From Basidiobolus meristosporus CBS 931.73 (lineage: Eukaryota > Fungi > Basidiobolomycota), in the NCBI GenBank assembly GCA_002104905.1, contig MCFE01000833.1, forward strand, positions 1 to 32,170: a stretch of DNA of 32,170 bases, written 5' to 3'. Position 1 is the first letter of the stretch. Each line of letters opens with the position of its first letter. The position numbers and the translations under genes are program-made. Below, piece after piece: positions 1 to 9,700 of the stretch. The notes below the pieces were generated by a model. That model had not been told where the DNA came from. It did not search any database and saw only the letters and a list, made by a program, of their open reading frames with translations.

Positions 1-504
1 TGTATATCTCTAAACACTCAAAATAGTCTTATTTCAAGAAAATCCATGATGTCCTTGTCTATTGCTGAACTAGCTCACTGTTAGGATCCTCCTGGAATAT
101 ACATTCCAAAAAATTGGGCACCCTCTGTAGAATATTCTTCAAGGCTTTGCACAGCAGCTTTTAGAATACTTCTTATTATACCTCGAATGTATTCTTGCTG
201 CAATGTGCTGACTTCTCAATAAAGCCTTTACCATCCATAAATTTTTAGATCAAATCAGTTGAAAATTTCTTATTTACAGCTGAATATTCACATTGGTATA
301 GACTCATGCATCTGTTATTATTTCACACACGGGCTTTGAACCTTGCTAAGAATCCTCTATAAGCTTACTTAGCCTAAACCTCTGAAAAGTGCAAATACCA
401 CTTGAGCATTCAATTAACTGCTAGGTGAAACAATACAATCTAATAGTTCTTTGCTTCTGATTAATTTATTGGTGACAGAAGGGATTCTATGGCAAAGTAT
501 TAAG

Positions 505-984
505 TCATGAGGATCCAATGGTGAACGGACCAGCAATGCCAAAGAGGGTTGGTTGCTGAGGATTAGACACTGACGAAGTAGTAACCCTAACATAGTAGAG
601 GCTGGGGTTGACTCCTTGTGTACTGATATTTGGGACCTTCCACTTGTAGGTGAAAGTTTGGTTATTAAGGTTCTCTGCGATGGTTGTGTGCAAAGTGTCC
701 TTAACCAGAGGTGCTCCATTGGTAATAGTATACTCCAAACTGTTGTATAACCTAAGGTCATACGTGGTGACGGAGTCTCCACTAAGGCCGCAGTCCTCTC
801 CCAGCTCCCAACGAAGAGTAACAGCCCGACCAGGTTTCAGACGAGCCCCTTCGGCCGGAGTATTAAAGACCACACAAGAGTAATCACGTTTGCCCCAAGG
901 CTGGTGCTTATCAAATGTTGGTAGAGCCTCAGTAGTCCCTTGAAAGCAGGCGAGAAGGGCTATGGGAAGAAGAATGCTTTTCAT
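505..984 (-). CDS. Small secreted protein, Kre9/KNH-like N-terminal Ig-like (Ser-Thr-rich GPI-anchored family-type) domain, 159 aa
   Basis: ATG-started intronless ORF. Signal peptide MKSILLPIALLACFQGTTEA, dibasic KR (WGKR), pattern F-N-T-P-x3-A-x2-K-P-G-x3-T-L-R-W ... Y-K-W-K-V-P ... G-P-F-T-I typical of this fold. TATAAA 55 nt upstream. Confidence 0.8.
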   Translation of the reverse strand: MKSILLPIALLACFQGTTEALPTFDKHQPWGKRDYSCVVFNTPAEGARLKPGRAVTLRWELGEDCGLSGDSVTTYDLRLYNSLEYTITNGAPLVKDTLHTTIAENLNNQTFTYKWKVPNISTQGVNPSLYYVRVTTSSVSNPQQPTLFGIAGPFTIGSS

Positions 985-1038
985 TTGTATTGAGATTGAG
1001 ATTGAGATTGGTTGGCTATTACCGCATCAGCAAGGCTC

Positions 1039-1044
1039 TTTATA
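1039..1044 (-). promoter_or_regulatory. TATA box of the 505-984 gene
   Basis: TATAAA on minus strand 55 nt upstream of ATG 984; (ATTGAG)3 repeat at 989-1010 lies in the putative 5' UTR. Confidence 0.55.
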
Positions 1045-1494
1045 GACATGTTGGACGGCGTTGGCTTAGCATAATTCTGAATCTTCTGACTACTAGATTG
1101 GTAGCTTAGGCTTGGAGGCTTATTTATTTACTCCCGGATATCTGCCTTCTGACGATGGGTTTGCCGCTACCAGTGCGCGGCAATATTGAATCTCACCACA
1201 GTCGTTCCAGATATGGAATGCTGGCTGATCAACAGCACCCAATGTCATGAAATGGATGGTCAACGACAAATTGAGTAATGTACTTTGCTCATAAAATTAC
1301 CACGTGAACAATGTTGATCCTTTGGCCACAAGATGGATTCAATCCACCAAAATCCTCCTTGTCTGTAGCACAAATCTGAGCATATGCGGATGAGGATGCG
1401 GCTGTATCAAGCTACCTCTGGGTAAGTAAGTACACCTGTCAAGAATCCACCAACCATATTTATTTAGACGCTTTATCTGGGTTCTACAAAAAGA

Positions 1495-1956
1495 TCATTC
1501 AGAAGGTGGAGGGAAAGACTTGCGAAAGGAAAAGGCGTGAGGTGACTCGCCATGCTGATCCAAATATTCCAGTCGCTCCTTTGCCTCCTGAGGAGTGGGA
1601 ATATGCCCCCGTTGGACCCACCAAAGCACTGTGTAAGGACCCTTCCAGCGTTCAAACCACTGTCGTCGTTGCTTCAAGACATGCTTATGATCCGATCGGT
1701 AGACGAAGTTGAACAGATCCTCTTTAGACTCCCACACAGAGAGATTCACCAAGATCAGCTCGTTCTCGTATACACGAATGGTAGTCGCATCTCCGTCTTC
1801 AGTTTGCAGCCTCCAAACAAATCCTGGTGAGGCATCGGCGACCCCATTGATGACATCCAGCTGCTGGACAAACCCAGTCATGATCGGATCCTCAAGCGGC
1901 GCTAGCATGTTGCCAACATTCAGTTGGGCTAATTGGTATTGCTGTTCCATTACCAT
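1495..1956 (-). CDS. DUF3291 family protein (bacterial-type, dimeric alpha-beta barrel-like), 153 aa
   Basis: Intronless ORF with recognisable DUF3291 motifs: LAQLNVGNMLAPLEDP, NGVADASPGFVWRLQ, VNLSVWES, FVYRSDH, RRQWFER, VLWWV, GHIPT, AKERLEYL, GESPHAFSF. TAATATAA at ~1989-1996 upstream. Confidence 0.92.
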   Translation of the reverse strand: MVMEQQYQLAQLNVGNMLAPLEDPIMTGFVQQLDVINGVADASPGFVWRLQTEDGDATTIRVYENELILVNLSVWESKEDLFNFVYRSDHKHVLKQRRQWFERWKGPYTVLWWVQRGHIPTPQEAKERLEYLDQHGESPHAFSFRKSFPPPSE

Positions 1957-3145
1957 GGTGTTCTGAATACTGCTCTGGCGCCGAAACCTTATATTAAAGC
2001 TGAAAATCTCCCATTCAACTTGCTACGCTGCGGTTGGGAGGGTTGACTTCTCGATATGTTCAATGATAACGGCTTCCTCCAGATATGGATTGCGATTAGG
2101 TGTCATAAATCCTGCTCATTTCTGTGGTGTCACACAGGCGTCCAACAGCACCACTTCCACTGTGGTACCATCGATATTCATTTGTCTGGATGCATTTGTT
2201 CTTCGCGAATGAAGTCCTGCCTGTCCTGCCTTGAGACCCGGCCAATAGGCTTCGTTTGTTACGGCCAGTCTAACATGGCAAAGCCATCGATGTCAAGGGC
2301 TTACGCTGGGCATCGTGTAGATATTTCGAACATAAAATAGGAGAATTATTGCAAATTGTGGAAGGAGGAATTAAACCATGCCACTGTTGTTCATGGGTGT
2401 CAATTTCCAATTTGAGCCGGGTTGGGCTGGGTTGGAGTGCTGAAATCAAGGATTTGGTTGTTGTCAAGCAGAATCTTTTGAACTAGCTGTGACCAAGGAA
2501 CTAGGGGATTATTGGGCGTCTAGCGGCTCAAGTAATCTAATAAATGTAAACGTAGTCATCACGCCAACGTCACTTCAGTCGAGCACACGTTGAGTATCAT
2601 AGTCATTACTTTCTTACAATATTGTGCAAATAGTTATCTGAAGTGAAGAGCATATCCGCTTTTGTTGGTAATTTGCCTGGTGCAGTGTTTATTCAGTGAC
2701 CAAATGACGATAACTAATCAAGATAATATATGCGGTGATGGTGAAATGTCTACTTTGGTTGCCAATGCGTTAACTACTACCACAGCGCTCATCTTGATGG
2801 TAACCATGCTATGTACAAAATATAGCTACCCATTCGCACTGGACTCGGATGCAACCGCTTACAAAAAAAACCAACATCAAGTGCAGGTTAACGAAGCATT
2901 GTTGCACTTGAGTTGGGATTTAGTACAACCTCTGTAAAAGAAAATACTTATGGGGTTCCCCAGCAACTTGATGCAAAAGTGCCACCAGCCTTCTTGCCCA
3001 TGGACGATTCGACAGCCGATGGAACCATATCTAGAGAACACTTTTCATATAGGCAATGACTAAAAAAATGACCTCACCAAGTTACTCGAATAAATACATC
3101 CATTTTTAACATCGGTTAATTACACTAATCAAGGATTAGGATGCG

Positions 3146-3152
3146 AAAAAAA
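3146..3152 (-). terminator. Pol III oligo-T terminator of U6 (second T7 at 3062-3068)
   Basis: Run of 7 T on minus strand directly after the U6 body. Confidence 0.85.
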
Positions 3153-3207
3153 TGACCTCCGAAGAGGTGTCCACTCAAGATTTACGTGTCATCCTTGTGC
3201 AGGGGCC

Positions 3208-3238
<31 letters not shown>

Positions 3239-3269
3239 TTCAAGTGTCAGAGGTCCCGAAAGACTTGAC
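3146..3269 (-). ncRNA. U6: U6 spliceosomal snRNA
   Basis: Minus strand contains AAAATTGGAACGATACAGAGAAGATTAGCATGGCCCCTGCACAAGGATGACACG (ACAGAGA box, AGC triad, ISL), a 5' UUCG stem-loop and a T7 terminator. The 5' end is at 3269 (extended stem) or 3264. Confidence 0.97.
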
Positions 3270-3292
3270 ATCAATCCTCACACTAAACAGAG

Positions 3293-3298
3293 TATAAA
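3293..3298. promoter_or_regulatory. TATA element of the U6 Pol III promoter
   Basis: TATAAA/TTTATA 24-29 nt upstream of the inferred U6 start, as expected for fungal U6 promoters. Confidence 0.6.
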
Positions 3299-3919
3299 TT
3301 CAGAGAAATGATGATGAGCTGCAGTTATGGGACATCGGACAAATTCAGTGCATTTCAGTATGATTTCAATAAAATCATTTATTCTGACAATACGTTTGCG
3401 CTATCCAATCAGAAAGTAAGTAGGATTGTGCTATACAGCTAATGATCAACCACAGGATTACTTCGAGGATTGGTTTAAGGACACTCACGAACAGCAAGCC
3501 ACATGAATGGCAATACAGAAGTATAGCTGTTCCCATATGAGGTCCTAGAAACGCGGGTTTTCGGCTAATCATCTGCTCCTCGAACTGCTTCGATAGTCAT
3601 GGGTTTAGGGAGAGGGAAGTTGATCTTTGCTTCGGAGTGGTGCTCAATACTCATCACCATATAAGAGAACAACAATATTACAGGGCACATACTCACTTTA
3701 CCGGGCGATGAAACAACCGGAAACCTCTTGCATCATTCGCTCTTGTGTAGATCAACGAACGATTCCTACCATTTATAGAAGAGTCTAGTTCCGCGCAATC
3801 TCCCTTCTCTTGCCACACATCGAGCATCTCTTTTGAGTCGCCAAAGGCGTGTATCATTCAAAATAAATTGTTGAGGGCGTATTTACAATACATGTTTTAT
3901 TTTACGTATATGGCAAGCA

Positions 3920-5400
3920 CTACTCTTTGATCTCTTTTTTGGCGTCCTTGCCTACCTTCTCCCCCTCCTCTTTGGCTTGATCGGCAAGTTTCTTGAGCTC
4001 TTCGAGTTTCTTTTCTAGCAAATCCTTTCCTTCTTGGATGGTCTCCTTACTAGCACCTTTCTCAGCGATCTTTTGGATTTCAGAGTACGTGTCCTTGATG
4101 AGCTTGAATGCTTCAGGGCCCTTTCTTTCGGCAATAGACTTCATTTCGTTGACACTTTTATCTACCACCTGCTTCAATTCGGGGACCTTTTTTAAGACTG
4201 GCTCTGCCAGTTCTTCAGCCTTTTGCCAGGTTTGCTGCTTGACCTCCCCCTTTAGATCCTTGAGCTCGGATAATTTCTTTTCTACCAAAGTTTTGGCTTC
4301 TTTGATGGTCTCTTCGTTGACACCCTTCTCCGAGATTTTCTTTAACTGGGACATAAGATCGTTTACCATATCCTTCACCTGTGGACCGTGTTCTTTGGAG
4401 ACTTCAGAGAACAAACCCTTCGCCTGTTCGATTTCCTTCTTTACATCTGGCATTTTATCGAATAAAGGACCAGCAAGCGCGATCCCTTTATCCCAAGCTA
4501 GGTCTCCGGCTTGGTTGGCCAGCTTCTTCACCTCCTGTTTGCTTTCATCGATCAACTTCTTGATTTCCTCGATGGTATTCTCGTTCATTCCTCCGTCGAG
4601 GATTTTCTTCATTTTCGAGTATGTGTTGGATAGGAGCTCCTTGGCCTCATCACCACCTTTTCCGGTAAGCTCCTTCAGTTCTTCAAGGCTTCCTCCGAGT
4701 GCATCCTTGACTTGAGGGAATGCGCTCAAGAACTGTTCGCTCACATCACCAGCGATGTCCTTGGCCAATTCTTGAACACGATCGATGCTCCGCTTGATGA
4801 CCTCGGTGGCTTTTTTGGTGGAGTCCTCATCCCATCCATTGGCTGTCAGCTCGGATACCTCCTTGACGGTATCATGCCAGAGTTTTTGGATCTCTGGACC
4901 ATGGCTGTCTTCTAGCTTTTGGATATGATCAAGCAGGCTCTGAGCACCTGGAACGGAGATAAACAAAGGACCCATGAAGCCTTTCACGACATTCACCAGT
5001 ACTCCTGGTGGGGGTATTTTGGCTTGGACGTCCTGGAAGGTTTGTAGGGTGTTCTGCGTCTTGGCTACGATTTCCTTGGCCCCGGAGTACTTGTACCATC
5101 CGTATCCTACGAACAGGTAAGGTTAGACCATGTCTCGAATAGAGGAGCGCAATTCAAACTCGGTCAGGTTGTTACCTCCAAGTGCGACGGCACTTCCACC
5201 TGCGAAGCCTGCGAGAACATGGCTCATTTGGTTTGAGGCTGGTGGGACGGCTGAACGGGCCTTGTTGAGTGAATGATCGATCAGTATCACAAGAGTTAAA
5301 TTAAGCAGGATCTATGCAGCATGCTTACCGAGGAGAAACTTCTAACTGTGGTGGCCGAAACCTTGGCCAACGAGCGAGTCAAAGGGAGTGGGCGAAACAT
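3920..5400 (-). CDS. 447-aa alpha-helical repeat protein (apolipophorin/LEA-like fungal family) with predicted mitochondrial presequence and one hydrophobic segment
   Basis: Exons 5400-5329, 5260-5176 and 5106-3920 join in frame (1344 nt). Introns are 68 and 69 nt, GTAAGC..AG and GTAACA..CTAAC..TAG. N-terminus MFRPLPLTRSLAKVSATTVRSFSS is Arg/Ser-rich with no acidic residues, then AGFAGGSAVALGGYGWYKYSGAK, then K/E-rich repeats of 89-aa period. Confidence 0.85.
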
Positions 5401-5462
5401 GGCTGTATGGGATTGGAGCTGAGCTGGGAATTTGATGAGCTGTAATGGACGAGTGAAGCCAG

Positions 5463-5468
5463 TTTATA
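5463..5468 (-). promoter_or_regulatory. TATA box of the 447-aa gene
   Basis: TATAAA 63 nt upstream of ATG 5400. Confidence 0.55.
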
Positions 5469-5676
5469 TGTCGCAGAGATTAGCATGCGTGTACGAAAGG
5501 AACGTAATAAGTTGGACTTATCGGGACGGATACTTACACATTGAAGATGTCATACGGGAGTGACGTGATAGTCCATGGAGACCGAAATTTATGAATTTAA
5601 TGTTTGATTTTCCGACATGATCGCGGGATCTGGTGATGATCAGGGATCGATGACAAGATCAGTTAACCCCAAAACA

Positions 5677-5696
5677 ATCCATCCATCCATCCATCC
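5677..5696. repeat. (ATCC)5 microsatellite
   Basis: Five perfect ATCC units. Confidence 0.9.
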
Positions 5697-6664
5697 ACCA
5701 AAAGCCGTGTAACTTAATCTATTGCTTGTGAAGTCAGAGGCAGTTGAATCACGTGAACCATGGATGTCAACAACCATATCAGGCTAGGTGTTTCTGCAAT
5801 CCTCACAAAGGAATACTCACCCTCTGTACCAAACCTAGTCCGTATCAACACTACGAGATCAGCAACTCTGACTCGAAAATAATCATGAACGGGATGTATG
5901 GACCGCCGAACATTGCTAGCCTCTACAGATACCTTGCGTATATATGGCAGCGCTAGAAAATCCTAATGCCGTAATAGCCACGATGCCAGACCTCATGGAG
6001 CATGCTGGCCTTTTTTTCTCGCGCTACATAACGCGCTTTGGTCTATTTACGACCGGAGGGCCCCACTTGGGACTACAAGCAGTGTATGTTTATGTCAAGC
6101 GTATCACTGAATGGGGCTATTGTGTCATTGAAAATCGGCCTATCTGCTTGTTGGACTTTCCAATACGAAATATTAGGTTAATCACGATGATAGAGGCGTA
6201 AGTAGCTCGAGTCTTACGCAACTTAGTTGGTGTAAATTTAGGTAAACTTGCATACCATACGACACACGACAAAGATGGATGGAGTAGTGTGTGAGGGATT
6301 TTGGCCACTTATGAGGAAGTTTTCTGGAACTGAAAAGTAAATCTGACTATATCTCGATGCTTAATCGGGAAGGGGATTTGTTGTTTTTTAGTGGGCTCAT
6401 TTCAAATCAATGGGAATCCTTGGCCTACAAAAGGTCATGGAAAGGATATCCGTCGAATCATAAGTTGCGACATTTCTGCTGGGATATTCTAGGTCCCAAA
6501 AAGATCGTGGATGTTGGGTGATTTGCTTAAAAAAACTGGTATCGCTGACCAATGGCCGAATTCGCGCCCTCGACGAAGATTTTCAATCCAGGAACAGAAG
6601 TTCTTCAGGTTTTGACTTCGCTCAGGAATGCTAAATCAGGTAAGCTCCACAACACTGGGAACAC

Positions 6665-6670
6665 TATAAA
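6665..6670 (+). promoter_or_regulatory. TATA box of the copper ATPase gene
   Basis: TATAAA ~110 nt upstream of ATG 6779, followed by an AT/pyrimidine-rich leader. Confidence 0.55.
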
Positions 6671-6778
6671 TTCACCGGAGTCTCCTGTGCTACAGTCAAA
6701 TTAGCATTAATTACAACATTAATTCCTCACCTGTATCTTTCATTCATCCACACTCTTAATTTACACACCCGCACAAAC

Positions 6779-9700
6779 ATGTCTTCAGAGCTACAAAGTA
6801 TCAAGGTTACTCAACCTGACCAGAGTTTCCTATATCGAGCCATCATGCAGATAGAGGGGATGACCTGCTCATCCTGTGTCAAAAGTGCCGAAAAAGCCTT
6901 AGCGGCCATTGACTCAATCCTCATCGACTCCATCAGCGTCAGCTCATTGACCGGTCGCGGTGTAGCCAACTTCACACTAGATGATCGTGAGCGGTTAGGC
7001 AAGGCCATTGAGAAATCCATTTCCAATATCGGCTACGACTTGGTCGATCTCCAATGGGAGATGATCCCCAACCAAACCCAGCCCACAAGTAGCCAGCCCC
7101 CAGCGAGCGAGGAATCGTTGGAGTATCGTGCGGTCATGCAGATCGAGGGGATGACTTGCTCCTCATGCGTCAAAACCACGGAAAAGGCGTTGACCGCCAT
7201 CGAATCTATTCTTCCGGAGACAATTAGTGTCAGTGCATTGACAGGTCGTGGCGTGGCCGTATTCACCAATGGGGATCAGGAAAGCCTTGGAAAGATCATC
7301 GAGGAGGCGATTTCCAACATCGGGTACGATCTGGTCGATCTGCAATGGGAGGTTATAAACAAGAAGAAAGCCACCAAGAGTACGGTCACCATGAGCCGTG
7401 CCACCATGCAAATCGAAGGGATGACCTGCTCTTCCTGCGTGAAAACCACCGAGAAAGCCCTCTCGGCGATCGAGACCATCGTCGAGGGTTCCATCAGTGT
7501 CAGTGCACTCACTGGGCGTGGAGTGGCGGTCTTCGCCAACGAGGATCAAGAAGCACTAGGAAAAGTTATCGAAGAATCCATCTCCAACATCGGTTACGAC
7601 CTCGTCGATCTACAATGGGAGACCATCCAGGAAAATGACCCATCTGATCAAAACGAATCCGGGGAAGCCACCACCGTCACCACCAACCTGAACATCACTG
7701 GCATGACCTGCTCTTCCTGTGTAAATAGCATAGAATCTAACCTTCGCGAACGCGATGGTATCATCTCCTGCCAGATCAACCTTCTGATGCAATCTGGTGT
7801 GGTGGTTCATGACCCTACCAAGGTGGGCCCACGTACGCTTGTCGAGCTAATTTCTGATCTGGGTTACGAGGCCACTGTTGTTCAGCCCAGCACAAAGGGG
7901 CCATCCATTCAAGAGCGTCATGCCCATGAAACGCGCTCTCTTCTTATTCGCTTCCTCTGGGCACTTAGTTTCGCTATCCCGGCCTTCATTATCGGGATCA
8001 TCTTTGATGTTGCGTTGTCGAAGGAGAACCGAGTCCGCAGAGCTTTTGCCTCCGAAGTTTGCCCGGGACTCAGTGTTTCCTTTCTCATTATGTGGATCCT
8101 GGCTACCCCGGTTCAATTCATCCTCGCCTGGCCTTTCTACCGTAAAGCCTACAAATCGTTGCGGTACGCGCACACGGCCAATATGGATGTGCTTGTCTCC
8201 TTGGGTACTGGTGTGGCCTACTTCGCCTCCGTTGGAACTTGCATCGCTAACATCGTTGACAAGAGCTCCTCTGAGAAACATCAGTTTTTCGACACAACTA
8301 TCTACCTGATCACCTTCATTCTGTTCGGTAAGTTCCTCGAGGCCCATGCCAAGGGAAGAACCTTCGACACCATCAGTAAGCTTATGGAGCTTCAGGCCGA
8401 GACCGCGACTCTGGTGACCATCAAAGAGGGTCAGCCCATCGAAAACGCTCAGGAGGAAGAGATCGATTTTGCACTTGTCCAGCAAGGAGATATACTCAAG
8501 GTCAACCCAGGAACACGTATCCCTTGCGATGGAACACTGTACCATGGCACATCCACGTTCGATGAGTCCACTATCACCGGCGAATCCATTCCGGTCAGAA
8601 AGAGTGCCGAAAATGGCGACCGAGTCATCTCTGCCACCCTGAATTTGACCTCCCCCGTCTACTTCATCGCCGAAAAGGTCGGAGCCGATACCACCCTCTC
8701 CCGCATCATCAAGCTTGTCCAGGATGCACAATCAGCGAAGAAGGCCCCAATGGAGCAACTGGCGGATATGCTCTCCGGTGTGTTCGTTCCACTGGTTGTT
8801 GCTCTAGCAATCGTCACCTTTATTCTTTGGTGTGCGCTGGGATATACCGGACACGTTCCTACTGAATGGATTACCAAGCAGAAGACCTCCCCGGGGGTTT
8901 TCGCCCTGTGGTTTGCCATCACCGTATTGGTCATCGCGTGCCCTTGTGGTTTAGGATTGGCCTCCCCCACTGCCATCATGGTTGGAACTGGTGTTGCCGC
9001 GAAGCACGGGATTTTAATTAAGGGCGGTGGTTTAGCCTTGGAGATGATCAACCGACTTGATGCCATCGTTTTCGACAAAACCGGAACCTTGACCATCGGC
9101 AAGCCCATCGTTAGTGGGGTTCGGATGTATCTAAGCGCAGACAGAATCACCTACGGCTCCAGCGCTCCCGTTCAGACTGAGAAGAGGTCTGATGATGACT
9201 CGAAAACACTGATCCTTTCCGATGCCGAGCGTCTTCTGTGGGAGCTGGTCCACAAGCTCGAAAGTGGCTCCGAGCATCCCTTGGCCCGTGCCGTTGTGCA
9301 GTATGCCACCGATATTATTGCGCCACTTGTTGATCACAAGAAGGCTTCCGAGAAGCAGCCTAGTGACGGCAGTCTGCCAGCTGACTATTCATCCGTGGTT
9401 CCATTCGAGGTCGAGTCTTGCCAAGAGGTTCCAGGCAAGGGAATAGAGGCAGTGATCAATGTGGCCACTGGGCCAGAAGCCAAAATCTTCCCCGGGTTCA
9501 TCTATTCTGGAAGCGACGGTCAAGAATCGGAGTTGGAATTTGCCTCCCTCACCATTCAGATAGGAAGCCCCGGATGGATCACGTCTATTGGCAGTCAGTA
9601 TGCCAGCTCGGTCACTGACAAACAAACTGAAGATCGGGAGATAGAGGCATTCCAGAATACGGGTGCCTCAATCGTGCAGGTCGCCATCAATGGATTCATC

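Noticed and set aside
1-480. AT-rich, CpG-poor stretch resembling a decayed transposon
   Set aside because: All frames are stop-ridden and I could not recognise a diagnostic motif, so no family call is supportable.
2020-2470. Minus-strand coding-like fragments (MNIDGTTVEVVLLD..., LKLEIDTHEQ...)
   Set aside because: Interrupted by stops, no consistent splice model, and only superficial resemblance to a small-GTPase strand.
3303-3392. Box C/D snoRNA-like pattern (ATGATGA at 3311, CTGA at 3384) beside U6
   Set aside because: No convincing terminal stem and no rRNA or snRNA complementarity of 10 nt or more that I could identify; needs snoScan.
5744-6308. Short ORFs (70, 85 and 63 aa) between divergent genes
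   Set aside because: No recognisable domain, mixed non-ATG starts, located in a shared promoter region.
6473-6482. Ace1-type metal response element TTTCTGCTGG upstream of the Cu-ATPase
   Set aside because: Single degenerate match, expected by chance.
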